A stretch of DNA of 47,451 bases from Gemmatimonadales bacterium (GCA_036443495.1 JAZFYL010000025.1:1-47451), one strand, 5' to 3'. Positions 16,608 through 26,108 are shown, counted from the first letter of the stretch. Notes: generated by a model from the sequence alone, not told the origin. Program-made: numbers and translations.

Positions 16608-18644
16608 TTATCGCTCGACGACGGCCTCCTGGGGCTCCCAGGCGGTGATGTATCCGGCGAGAGCGCTTGCGACGGTGGTGTAAGGACTGGCGAGGTAGAG
16701 TTGTCCGGGACCGGACCGCCCGGGGAAGTTGCGGTTGATGGCGCTGATGGTCACGGTCTCCCGATCGTAGGACACCCCGGGGCCGGCGTTGATGCAGGCG
16801 CCGCACGACGGTTCGATGATCTCCCCCCCGACCGCCTGGAAGATGTCGACATACCCCTGCTGTTCCGCATACCGTTTCACATCCTGGCTCCCGAACTGAA
16901 TGAAGAACTCGACGTCGGGATGGACGCGCTCCCCGGCTTCAGCAGCTTCGCGCAGGACCGTGGCATACATGTCCATGTCTTCTTTCTTGCCCGCGGTACA
17001 GCTACCGGCATACGCGATATCGACCTTGATCTTCTTACCCAACTCGTCGATGAATAGACCGTTGCCCGGGTCGCCGGGAAGGGCGATCATCGGCTTCAAC
17101 GAGGTGGCGTCGATCTCGATCACGGCCTCATACTCGGCATCCGGGTCGGAGTACAGCCCCTCGAGCAACGGCTCCACCTCGGATCGCCTCATGCCGCGCT
17201 CCGACACCAGATAATCCACCGTGACGCCGTCAGGTTTGATGATGCCGGTGAACGCACCCACTTCCGCCGCCATGTTGGTCATCGTGGCCCGCTCGTCTAC
17301 CGAGAGGGCTGCGACAGCCTCGCCGGCATACTCCACCACCTGGCCGATGGCCTGACCGTCCTTGACGTAGGGTTGCCGCAGGATCTGGAGCATGAAGTCC
17401 TTGGCAGTGACATTCACCGGTTTCGAGCCCCCAACGCGCACGAGAACCTGCGCGGGCACCTTGAGGCGGACATCCTTGGTGAGCCAGGAGTTGAAGATTG
17501 CCGTGGTCCCAACGCCGAACGCTACGCACCCGACGGCACCCGAATGCGGGGTGTGGCTATCGCTCCCGATGATCACTTGGCCGGGCAACGCGTGCTGTTC
17601 GAGCATCTTGGAATGGCAGATCGCTTCGGATCCCTGCACGACCACGTTGCGGCCCAGGCGCGGCAATTCCCCGTAGAGCTTGATCCCCTGCTCGGCCGAG
17701 AATTCCTCCTGCTTCTTCTTGAGCTCCAGCGCTACATCGAGGAGACCGGCGGCCTTGCGCTCGTCGGTCATCGCCAGTTCGAGAAAGGTGAGGTGATCCC
17801 GAAAGAAGAAGATTGATTCAGGGTCAACCACTTTTTCGTCGGGACCCACACAGTCGCGCCAAAAAATGGCCGACATCGGCGTCACATATTCGTGGCTGAA
17901 CCGGATGTCGGTTCGGATGAAGCCCTCGTCGCCCGGCTTGACCGACGCAATGCCGATCTGGTCACCGGCGAGATCGACCACCCAATGCCGGGCGATGATT
18001 TTCTCGGCGAGCGTCATCGGCCGCGGCCGGGTATCCGGCATGGGGACCGTGACCTTGCCCTGCAGGCGCGCCACGTTGTACTGCAACAGCCCCCCATACT
18101 CGATGATGCCTCGGGTGATATCCCCCTCGCCTTCCGTGAACACGGTGAGCGGGATCGCGTCGCCACGGCGCACGGCTTCCAGCAGGGAAAAATCGGTGGT
18201 GGTCAGGATGCCGAGGTTCTGGCAGTTCTCCCGGTAGATACGTTCGATGTTTTCCGCGACGACCAACTTGATACCGGCACACATTTCGGCGTACGGCGAC
18301 TGCTCGCGACTGGAGCCCTTCCCGCGGCGCTTGCCGCTAACCGACGCCACGAACCCCCCCTCCCTCACAGAGGACCGTGTGACCGGGAATTCCTCCCCAC
18401 ACTTGAGCCCCAAATAGGGGAAATCCCCCAGGGTTTCGTCATAGTAGTAGCAGATATAGGCAGGCGTGATTTCGTCGGTCGAGATATCATCCCGAAGTTT
18501 CATCGCCGGCTCCCACGCGAGGTCCACGCCCTCGAGTTGTTGCCGGACGAGCGCCGGGTCCCCCGTCAGAAACAGAATGCGACCTTTTAGGGTTACATGG
18601 TCGGGCCGTTGGTGCACTTCACGATTCTTCAGGCTTTCGAGCAT
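16608..18644 (-). CDS. aconitase-family Fe-S hydro-lyase with LeuD-like swivel domain N-terminal to LeuC-like catalytic domains
   Basis: The N-terminal roughly 200 aa carry DISTDEITPA and GKGSSREQSPYAEMCAGIKLVVAENIERIYRENCQNLG (small-subunit motifs). They are followed by TLAEKIIARH, GSDSHTP, AGSCTAG and PSCGACINAG (cluster ligands). Confidence 0.85.
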   Translation of the reverse strand: MLESLKNREVHQRPDHVTLKGRILFLTGDPALVRQQLEGVDLAWEPAMKLRDDISTDEITPAYICYYYDETLGDFPYLGLKCGEEFPVTRSSVREGGFVASVSGKRRGKGSSREQSPYAEMCAGIKLVVAENIERIYRENCQNLGILTTTDFSLLEAVRRGDAIPLTVFTEGEGDITRGIIEYGGLLQYNVARLQGKVTVPMPDTRPRPMTLAEKIIARHWVVDLAGDQIGIASVKPGDEGFIRTDIRFSHEYVTPMSAIFWRDCVGPDEKVVDPESIFFFRDHLTFLELAMTDERKAAGLLDVALELKKKQEEFSAEQGIKLYGELPRLGRNVVVQGSEAICHSKMLEQHALPGQVIIGSDSHTPHSGAVGCVAFGVGTTAIFNSWLTKDVRLKVPAQVLVRVGGSKPVNVTAKDFMLQILRQPYVKDGQAIGQVVEYAGEAVAALSVDERATMTNMAAEVGAFTGIIKPDGVTVDYLVSERGMRRSEVEPLLEGLYSDPDAEYEAVIEIDATSLKPMIALPGDPGNGLFIDELGKKIKVDIAYAGSCTAGKKEDMDMYATVLREAAEAGERVHPDVEFFIQFGSQDVKRYAEQQGYVDIFQAVGGEIIEPSCGACINAGPGVSYDRETVTISAINRNFPGRSGPGQLYLASPYTTVASALAGYITAWEPQEAVVER

Positions 18645-18710
18645 CGCATCGGTTCTCCTTGGGCCTGGAAAGATGCCCCGGTGTCAGAACCGGAGCAAGG
18701 AGTTGGCGCC

Positions 18711-19718
18711 GTGCGGGAGGGTGATTACCCTGCATTGAAGGCCTCTTTTGCCCCGTGGATCAAGGATCTAACCCTGCTCATTCCCAACACTCGGGCCCTG
18801 GGCTCCTGGTCGGTACTCGCCGCCGCGACGAGTTGCGCCATGACGCACACGACGCCGGGCGCGCCGGACCGGATCCATATCGGACCGGTGAGCCGGTTCG
18901 CGGAGCGGTCAATCACCGAGAGTTCCGGCGTGGCGGTGAGCCGACAGTTCCCCGGCGTCATCTGGACACACAACGACGGCGGGAGCGGGCCATTGGTGTA
19001 CGCCACCGACACCATGGGGCGGAATCACGGCTCGTTCGTCGTGGCCGATGTCAGGAATATCGACTGGGAAGCGATGGCCATCGGGGCCTGCGGGGACCAC
19101 CAGTGTCTGTACTTGGGTGACGTAGGCGACAACAAGGTGCGCCGGGAAAGCGTCACGATCTACCGGATACGTGAGCCGACTCCTCAATCCCCCGTCGCCG
19201 ACTCGGCCTTGCCCATCACCGGGGTAGAGCGATTGGAGTTCCGGTATCCCGATGGTCCGCGGGATGTAGAGGCGATATACGTCGACCCGGGAGGGGGTAT
19301 CTACCTCATCACGAAGACGACGAAAGAAGCCGTCCTGCGATACCGGCTACCGGCCACATGGTGGGATCAGAAAGACTCGAGGACTGCTGAGCCGTTAGGA
19401 CCATTTCCCATCGACCCCGGCACGAGCCGCCTCGCCGCCGTGACCGGCGCGGATCTGTCCCTCGATGGCTCGATGCTGGTGGTACGAACGTATCGTGAAC
19501 TGTTCTTCTACGCCGTCGAGGCCGACGGACATGTGGGAGATGGCCCGATGGCCACCTGTCCGATTCTCGGAATCGAATCTCAGGGAGAGGCGGTGGCCTG
19601 GCTCGACGACCGGCGGGTGGTCCTGACCAGCGAACGAGGGGTGATGGGCAGAGGTACCATCATGGTCGTGCATTGCCAGCTGTCCGCTTCGGCCAGCCAA
19701 ACCGGGGCTGTGCCTTGA
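18711..19718 (+). CDS. hypothetical secreted or lipoprotein, beta-propeller-like
   Basis: GTG start 8 nt after AAGGAG. The N-terminal hydrophobic segment ends AAATSC. ESSGVAVS...VIWTHNDGG resembles repeats in phytase-like/SdiA-regulated folds. Both the function and the start are uncertain. Confidence 0.55.
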   Translation: MREGDYPALKASFAPWIKDLTLLIPNTRALGSWSVLAAATSCAMTHTTPGAPDRIHIGPVSRFAERSITESSGVAVSRQFPGVIWTHNDGGSGPLVYATDTMGRNHGSFVVADVRNIDWEAMAIGACGDHQCLYLGDVGDNKVRRESVTIYRIREPTPQSPVADSALPITGVERLEFRYPDGPRDVEAIYVDPGGGIYLITKTTKEAVLRYRLPATWWDQKDSRTAEPLGPFPIDPGTSRLAAVTGADLSLDGSMLVVRTYRELFFYAVEADGHVGDGPMATCPILGIESQGEAVAWLDDRRVVLTSERGVMGRGTIMVVHCQLSASASQTGAVP

Positions 19719-19758
19719 GCGGTTTGAGCGCCCCTGAGCATCTGTCCCCGCGGCAATG

Positions 19759-20874
19759 TCACAACCATTCCGCCTTCAGCCAGTCGCGGATTCCAGCAGC
19801 CAGCACCGCATTGCCACGCACGTTGGGATGACCGTTGTCCTGGTAGTACAGATCGTCGAGCGACTCGCCGGTTTCGGCCATGTGGGTGAGCAGAAATTCC
19901 TTGGTATCGAAGACCGTGATGCCCAACTCCGCGAAAGTCTCCCGCAGGAACGACGCCCGCCACGACTCGTCCTCGAATTCCGAAAGACCATAGAAGATGA
20001 CGCCGTAAAGTGGCAACCCCAGCCCACGCATTTCATCACGCATAGCGCGCATGATCCGGGCATTCACCACCAGTTTTAGCTCCTGTTTCTTGGTGTACCC
20101 CCGGATCCGGTTGAACATCCGTTGGGGAAGAATGCCGCGGGCACGAAACAGGAGGAAGCGTCCCAGGTAGCTCTTCACGGCGGGCGGATGTTCCTCGATG
20201 TACGTCAGGGTGTTGGGCAAGATCGGGAGGTTTTCCAGCGCCAGGCTGTCGCCGTGCAGGCGATATACCGGCTTCTGCCCGCTCCGAAATCCCAGGATTG
20301 TGCGATCGAGATCAGCCGTCAGAATCCCCACGATCCCTATGGGGTGGTCGAACTGGCCGACGGTGTTCATCAGACGCAGATGGATCTGCCCAACACCGTA
20401 GCCGCCAACGCCATAGTTCAACACGGAGTAGGCCGGCAACAGCCGATCCAATACCTGGGGAAGCCGATCGGCGGCGGGCGTCGCACCACCCACGAAGGAG
20501 TTGCCGTAGAACAGGATCGGTCGTGCCAAGTCCTCGACCCGGTATGGTACAGCGCTGATCAACCCGAGGGGATTTTCCGGGGTCACCGCCGGAGCCCAGC
20601 CAAACAGGGGATGGTAGACGCCCACCCGCTGAGCTCGCTGACCCGTCCCGAATAGGAAGGCGAGTTTCCAGTAATCGTCGTCGAAGTCGGCATCCGCAAA
20701 CCGCCATGGGTACCGTAAGCGCTCGATTTGCAGGGACTCACTGAAGAGCCCGACCCGGAACACTCCTTCCAGGGCCCCTAGTGCCAGAGCCGTCGAGAAG
20801 AGAACCAGCCCGATCTTCACTGCGACTTCGCGCCTGTTGATCATGACCCTCATTTCGTAGCGGGATGTTGGCAT
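19759..20874 (-). CDS. membrane-anchored hypothetical protein, weak SGNH/GDSL-hydrolase-like features
   Basis: One N-terminal TM segment (VAVKIGLVLFSTALALGAL), a GNSF motif and a C-terminal DNGHPN. The start is uncertain (ATG at 20874, 20853 or 20844). Confidence 0.55.
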   Translation of the reverse strand: MPTSRYEMRVMINRREVAVKIGLVLFSTALALGALEGVFRVGLFSESLQIERLRYPWRFADADFDDDYWKLAFLFGTGQRAQRVGVYHPLFGWAPAVTPENPLGLISAVPYRVEDLARPILFYGNSFVGGATPAADRLPQVLDRLLPAYSVLNYGVGGYGVGQIHLRLMNTVGQFDHPIGIVGILTADLDRTILGFRSGQKPVYRLHGDSLALENLPILPNTLTYIEEHPPAVKSYLGRFLLFRARGILPQRMFNRIRGYTKKQELKLVVNARIMRAMRDEMRGLGLPLYGVIFYGLSEFEDESWRASFLRETFAELGITVFDTKEFLLTHMAETGESLDDLYYQDNGHPNVRGNAVLAAGIRDWLKAEWL

Positions 20875-20971
20875 AGGGTACGTCCGACCGGCGTCACTGA
20901 CAAGCAACCTCCAGCATTCAGGTCGGAAGCGAATGGTCCCATTTGCAGGGCAAGGATGCCAGATTCCGGGC

Positions 20972-21892
20972 ATGTCGAGACGCTGGTTGCTCGCCGTCCC
21001 ACTGCTGGCCGGATTGGTGTTCCTGCTGGACTGGGGCTCCTCGGAGCCCTCGCCCCATGTGGCGGAGCGTCTCCGAGCCGGTGATGTCTTCCTGCGGGGT
21101 ATTCGAGGCGGCGAGGGCGACACCACCTTGCTGCTGCTCCACGGGTATGCGGAGTCTCTCATGGCCTACCGACCGACGTTCGATCGATTGGCCAATCGGA
21201 CTGGCGTCGTGGCCGTCGATCTGCCAGGCTTCGGCCTGAGCGACAAACCCCCCGGGAATTACGACCTTGAGACCTATGTGGGCCGGATGTCCGCCTTCAT
21301 CGACCAACACATCCCCGGACCCGTGGTTGTGGTGGGCCATTCCCTGGGCGGCGAGGTCGCGGCGGCGCTGGCGCTGGACCGGCCTGACCGGATAGTGGGA
21401 GTGGTCCTGATCGCCTCGGCGGGTTACGGATTGGGTCCCACCGCCACCGCGATCACCCAGGATGGCGCCGGCGTTTTGGGATGGGTCAACGCAGCGGTGG
21501 GCGAACTGGTCGTTTCCCTGCACGATCCGGCCTGGATGTCGGAACCCGAGGCGTGGCGTGACTACGACCCACTCCTCGACCCGGCGTTTCGGTCCGCGTC
21601 AGCAAAAGTCCTGCGGGAATTTGACTTCGCGGCACTGCGCACGAGGTTCCATGAGATCCGGCAGCCCACGCTCATCATATGGGGTAGGCGCGACCCGACG
21701 ATTCCCTTTGCCTACGGCGAGGCGATGGCCAAAGCGATCGGCTGCAGCCGTATGATCCCGATCAACCGCACCTTGCACCGGCCACACCAGACCGAACCGG
21801 ACATGGTCGCCGACGCCATTCTCCGGTTTCTGGACGACCCCCCTGCGTGTGACTCGAACCGGGGTGCTCCTGCACCCGAGGAGCGCGAATGA
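20972..21892 (+). CDS. alpha/beta-fold hydrolase
   Basis: LLLLHG oxyanion region, GHSLGG nucleophile elbow, C-terminal His region. Signal/TM at MSRRWLLAVPLLAGLVFLL. Confidence 0.85.
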   Translation: MSRRWLLAVPLLAGLVFLLDWGSSEPSPHVAERLRAGDVFLRGIRGGEGDTTLLLLHGYAESLMAYRPTFDRLANRTGVVAVDLPGFGLSDKPPGNYDLETYVGRMSAFIDQHIPGPVVVVGHSLGGEVAAALALDRPDRIVGVVLIASAGYGLGPTATAITQDGAGVLGWVNAAVGELVVSLHDPAWMSEPEAWRDYDPLLDPAFRSASAKVLREFDFAALRTRFHEIRQPTLIIWGRRDPTIPFAYGEAMAKAIGCSRMIPINRTLHRPHQTEPDMVADAILRFLDDPPACDSNRGAPAPEERE

Positions 21893-23547
21893 GATGGCCT
21901 TCGTCAGTGATGGCCTTGGCATTGGCCGTAGCGGCGTGCGGGGACAACCCCGTCGTCACGCTGGTCGACAGCGCTGGAGACCGATTGGCCGACGCGGTCA
22001 ATCCCAACACCATGTGGGCGGCGTTGGAGTTTCTTTCGCACGATGCCCTCGAGGGACGTGCACCGGGCACGCGCGGGGGCGAACTCGCCGCCCTATACAT
22101 CGCCGCCGAGTTCAGGCGGCTGGGACTCGAACCCGCGGGCGACAACGGGTCGTTCTTCCATCAGATACCCGTCATTTCCCTCACCCCGACACCCGTGGTC
22201 TCCCTCACCCGACCAGGTAGACGCGCAGAACGACTCCGGTACCGGGAGGACTTCGTCCTATGGTCCATGCTGGATGAACCGTCGGTGGCCGCTCAGGGGG
22301 AGATTGTCTTCGTTGGCTACGGGATCGTCGCCCCCGAGTACCAGTGGAACGACTACGTCGACGTAGATGTAACCGGCAAGGTCGTTCTCGTTCTGGTCAA
22401 CGACCCCGGGCTGGTTGACACCACGCTGTTCCGTGGCGAGGCGCTCACCTACTACGGCCGGTGGACCTACAAGATCGAAGAGGCCGCCCGGCATGGAGCT
22501 GCCGGGATTCTTCTGGTACACACCCCCGAGAGCGCAACCTACGGCTGGGGCACGGTTGCGGGTTCGTGGACCGGTCCACAGGTCCGCCTCGAATCGTCGC
22601 CCACGTCCCTTCAGGTTGCAGGGTGGTTGTCGGAGGAGGTTGCCGCCCGTCTACTGGAGCCGATCGGCTCCTCGGTTGGCGAGGTGCTGGTGACCGCCGC
22701 ACGTGGTGACTTCAGCTCCGCACCGCTCGAGGCTCGAGCGGTCACCACCATCAGTAGCACCATCGAGCGCTCCACCACGGTCAATGTCGTCGCGCGACTC
22801 ACTGGGTGGGGATCCGATCCCGACGAAACGGTCCTGATCGGCGGCCACTACGACCACCTCGGCATCGGCATGCCGGTTGGCGGCGACTCGATCTACAATG
22901 GAGCGGTGGACAACGCGTCCGGGACTGCGGCTGTCATCACCGCGGCCGAAGCCTTCGTGACCAGCGGCGTCAGACCCGATCGCTCCATCCTCTTCATGGC
23001 GTTCGGTGCCGAGGAATCCGGGTTGTTGGGGTCCAAGGCGTTCGTCACCCGCCCTCCCCCCCCGATGGCACTCAGGGATCTGGCGGCGGTATTCAACCTG
23101 GACGAAATGAATCTGTACGGAATAACTGCGGACGTCTCTGCCCTGGGGATCGACCAGTCCTCCCTGGGTGACAATTTTGCTGCGGCGGCGAGAATCGAGG
23201 GCCTGGACGTATCGGTGAATCGGGACGCAATTCTCAAAGGCTACTTCTTCCGATCCGACCATTTCCCGTTCGTGCTTGCCGGGATTCCGTCGCTGTCCCT
23301 GCAGTTCGGCCAACATTACGTCAGCCGAGATCCAGGCTGGGGATCCCAAGTGGAAGCGGAGTACGGAACGACTCGCTACCACCAGCCGGGCGACGAATTG
23401 CTCACTTGGTACACGACGGATGGGGCCGTGCAGCAACTTCGGGTGGTCCTGCGCGCCGCCCTGCGAGTGGCGGAAGCGTCCCAGCCACCGACCTGGGTGG
23501 AGGGATCGGAATTCAAGGCCGCGGGGGATGCGAGGCTGCAGCCGTAG
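21889..23547 (+). CDS. M28-family aminopeptidase with PA domain, lipoprotein
   Basis: Lipobox LAVAAC, GGHYDHLG, NGAVDNASGTAAV, FGAEESGLLGS. ATGA overlap with the upstream gene. Confidence 0.85.
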   Translation: MRWPSSVMALALAVAACGDNPVVTLVDSAGDRLADAVNPNTMWAALEFLSHDALEGRAPGTRGGELAALYIAAEFRRLGLEPAGDNGSFFHQIPVISLTPTPVVSLTRPGRRAERLRYREDFVLWSMLDEPSVAAQGEIVFVGYGIVAPEYQWNDYVDVDVTGKVVLVLVNDPGLVDTTLFRGEALTYYGRWTYKIEEAARHGAAGILLVHTPESATYGWGTVAGSWTGPQVRLESSPTSLQVAGWLSEEVAARLLEPIGSSVGEVLVTAARGDFSSAPLEARAVTTISSTIERSTTVNVVARLTGWGSDPDETVLIGGHYDHLGIGMPVGGDSIYNGAVDNASGTAAVITAAEAFVTSGVRPDRSILFMAFGAEESGLLGSKAFVTRPPPPMALRDLAAVFNLDEMNLYGITADVSALGIDQSSLGDNFAAAARIEGLDVSVNRDAILKGYFFRSDHFPFVLAGIPSLSLQFGQHYVSRDPGWGSQVEAEYGTTRYHQPGDELLTWYTTDGAVQQLRVVLRAALRVAEASQPPTWVEGSEFKAAGDARLQP

Positions 23548-23555
23548 CGGGAGCC

Positions 23556-24104
23556 TCAAGAAGTCTGGTCTCGCGACTCCTCTTCCAGTTCGATGCCAAG
23601 CCCGTCAGCGATCCGGTTCACGAATGCGAAGTAGGCGGTCACGGTAGCGAGGTCATGAATGGCCACATCGTCAAACCCGTTCTGCCGCAACCGATCAACG
23701 TCATGGGCCGTCATGGCGCCGGGATCCTCGGTGAGCTTGAGGGCGTAGTCGAGTAACGCTCGGTCGGCCGGCGGCAGGGACATTTTCCGATAGTCGTCAA
23801 CCAACCCTCGTACGAAACCCGCCGCATCGAGGTCTTCTTCTTCCCGCTCCAGAATGCCACGGAGGCCCGCTCCGTGATGCGCCGTTCAGTAGCGGCATCC
23901 GTTGACGGCCGACACCACCACCGCCACCATCTCCCGCTGCCTCCGCGACAGTGGACTTGGTCGCCGCATGACCTCTATGTAGAGGTCGTAGTGCCGTCGC
24001 ATGACACGGGGATGCACCCCGTGAATCCGGATGATGTTGTCACGATCCTTCACCCGGTCTCGCTCGGGAATGTCCAATTCTGGAACGTACGGGATATAGG
24101 CCAT
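23556..24104 (-). CDS. AhpD/carboxymuconolactone-decarboxylase-family peroxidase-related enzyme, selenoprotein with in-frame UGA at codon 73
   Basis: ORFs 23886..24104 and 23556..23804 are in the same frame, and TGA 23886..23888 is the only stop between them. The joined protein reads ...VVSAVNGCRY-U-TAHHGAGLRGIL...LLDYALKLTEDPGAMTAHDVDRLRQNGFDDVAIHDLATVTAYFAFVNRIADGLG. This is the family motif N-x-C-x-Y-C-x-x-H-H with the second Cys replaced by UGA. Confidence 0.8.
23858..23876 (-). promoter_or_regulatory. candidate bacterial SECIS hairpin
   Basis: mRNA sense CACGGAG-CGGGC-CUCCGUG, a 7-bp perfect stem with a G-rich 5-nt loop, beginning 9 nt after the UGA. Confidence 0.6.
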
Positions 24105-24215
24105 GCTGTGCTCCCGGTAGTGTCCTGCCCACGGGCCAATGTTGGTACCTTCAACTTGTTGAAATAGTGCGAGTTACACAACTGGCCTAGTCCCAGGGCA
24201 ACTGTGTCACTATAA

Positions 24216-25361
24216 TTGCGCCCGTCCGCACCCATATCTTCACGGAGGCCGTCACTGGAACTCCCGAACCAGCACCACGTACCTCTGACCTGGCTCCTGG
24301 AACATGGTGGGCCGACCATCCGGCATCGGACCATCCGTGAATTGGCCCCCGAGGGGTCCGTTTCTCCCAAAACGGCCCAAGAGGCCGCGGATGGGGTCAC
24401 GGCCTACAAGGCGGCCAGCAGCATCGCCAAGAAACAGCGACCGGCGGGGGTGTGGGCGAGCAACATGATGGGGCTTGCCCCGTCGGCGGCTCTGGGGATT
24501 CGAGACGTCGGCACGATAGCCCAGTACCGGCGATTGCTGCAACTCGGCTGGCCTGCCGGAGATCGGACGTTCAAGTTGACCACCCGAGTCCTGTTCCGGC
24601 TCTTGTCGCGCGACCCGGATCCAGCGCTCCTGTTCGAGTTCCGCAAGGCGGTCAAAGCGGCTCCCCAGTCAGAGGGGTGGGCTCGCGACACGCTTCGAGA
24701 GTCGGCCTCAGCCGCTCTCGCAGAAGCAGGCTTCAACGCAGACCCCCGGCTCCGAGGTTCGGCCCACAGGATCATCTCGGCGGTCTCACAGTTCCTCCGC
24801 AGCCCACAGGCTTTGAAGCCTCTGGCAACAGTCGGCCGGCAGCGGGTGTTGGACGGAAACGCCTACCCCCCAACCTGGTACTCCGTGGCCATGATGGCCT
24901 CGATGCCGCGACTGCAGCGAGAGAGGGCCGGTTTCACCGAACGTCTGGGGCAGTACCTGGCTCATGCACCGCCCAAGCACACGTTCGCCCTAAAACTCGG
25001 CAAGAAATCGCTCAAGCCGGCCCACATCCTGCTTGGCAACCCGATTCAAGCCGACGGCAGGGGCGTGGCAAAAGACATCCCCCTGGCACTGTACTACATC
25101 GAACTCATGAGCAGGATCGGGATCCTCAATACCGCCCCGGTTGCCACGCGGGTCTTGGCAAGACTGCTCAAGGACTGTGACGGTACAGGCATCTGGCACC
25201 CCAAGAATTTGCGATCCCAGCCCAAGGCGAAGGATCCGGCATCGTACCACTACTATCCGCTATTGGCGGTGAGCAAGGTGGCCGAATCGCGGCAAGCGGA
25301 CATCACGTTCCGGCTGGCCTTGATCGCCAAACTCCTGGACTGGCAGCTCGCGTTCGACTAG
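24216..25361 (+). CDS. hypothetical protein, helical, no family recognised
   Basis: 381-aa ORF with coding-like composition. The TTG at 24216 overlaps a TATAAT hexamer (24211..24216). GGAGG at 24244..24248 precedes an in-frame CTG at 24255, so the real start is uncertain. Confidence 0.55.
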   Translation: MRPSAPISSRRPSLELPNQHHVPLTWLLEHGGPTIRHRTIRELAPEGSVSPKTAQEAADGVTAYKAASSIAKKQRPAGVWASNMMGLAPSAALGIRDVGTIAQYRRLLQLGWPAGDRTFKLTTRVLFRLLSRDPDPALLFEFRKAVKAAPQSEGWARDTLRESASAALAEAGFNADPRLRGSAHRIISAVSQFLRSPQALKPLATVGRQRVLDGNAYPPTWYSVAMMASMPRLQRERAGFTERLGQYLAHAPPKHTFALKLGKKSLKPAHILLGNPIQADGRGVAKDIPLALYYIELMSRIGILNTAPVATRVLARLLKDCDGTGIWHPKNLRSQPKAKDPASYHYYPLLAVSKVAESRQADITFRLALIAKLLDWQLAFD

Positions 25362-25418
25362 CGATAACCCACATAGTAGCTTGCCTATCCCAAGTTGGTA
25401 GCTCATACTACTACCACC

Positions 25419-26108
25419 ATGCCCAAGGTGGATCTCACTCCATTCGGTTTCACGCCGACCGAAAGCCTCGTGTACCATGTGCTGTTGGCGCACGGCCCCG
25501 GGACGGGCTACGCCATCGCTCGCGCCGCTCGCCTAGCCAGGGCCAACGCCTACGGCGCCCTGGAGGGCCTCAGGTCGAAAGGCGCCGCCAACGCCGATGA
25601 GGGACGGCCAAGGCGATACCGTCCCGAGCCTCCTCCCGTTCTTCTCGCCCGGATCGCTAGTCGCCAGAACAAAGCAATCGATAGCCTCGCGGCGGCGCTC
25701 GAAGATCTTTCCGCCCCGCATTCGCCCAGTTTGGTGGAGATCGATTCGGTCCGGGCGGCGCTGCGACTGATCAGCCACGACATAGCCAGGGCGGAGCATT
25801 CTGTTGAGCTGGTTGCCCCATCCGATGCATTTCCTCTGTTGACGCCAGTCTTGCGTCGGGCGGCCAGTGCGGAGTTGGCGATGCATTTGAGATCCGTAGG
25901 ACGTGTTGAAGGCTCGCCGTTCACCGCGCTCGAACCGATTGCAGGCGGTTATCGGTGGCCGGGCATGCCGCTCATATCCGTGGTGGATGATCGAACGGCC
26001 GTCATCGCTGCCCGCCAGGGTAACGATGTGCGAGGTCACTGGTGCCAAGCGCTGGCTTTTGTAGCCGCCGCACGACTCAGCATCGAACGTTTAGGAACAC
26101 AATCATGA
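25419..26108 (+). CDS. TrmB-family transcriptional regulator
   Basis: N-terminal winged HTH LTPFGFTPTESLVYHVLLAHGPGTGYAIARAARLARANAYGALEGLRSKG matches TrmB_N. Its stop overlaps the next ATG (ATGA). Confidence 0.75.
   Translation: MPKVDLTPFGFTPTESLVYHVLLAHGPGTGYAIARAARLARANAYGALEGLRSKGAANADEGRPRRYRPEPPPVLLARIASRQNKAIDSLAAALEDLSAPHSPSLVEIDSVRAALRLISHDIARAEHSVELVAPSDAFPLLTPVLRRAASAELAMHLRSVGRVEGSPFTALEPIAGGYRWPGMPLISVVDDRTAVIAARQGNDVRGHWCQALAFVAAARLSIERLGTQS

Noticed and set aside
22651-23559. 302-aa minus-strand ORF
   Set aside because: It is antisense to the M28 peptidase gene. No domain signal.
23556-24104. Interpretation of the split AhpD/CMD-like gene as a pseudogene with a nonsense mutation
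   Set aside because: I considered this. However, the stop is specifically TGA and replaces exactly the second redox Cys. It is the only disruption across 183 codons, and a stable hairpin follows at SECIS distance. A second gene in the window shows the same pattern. It remains the formal alternative if the genome lacks Sec machinery.
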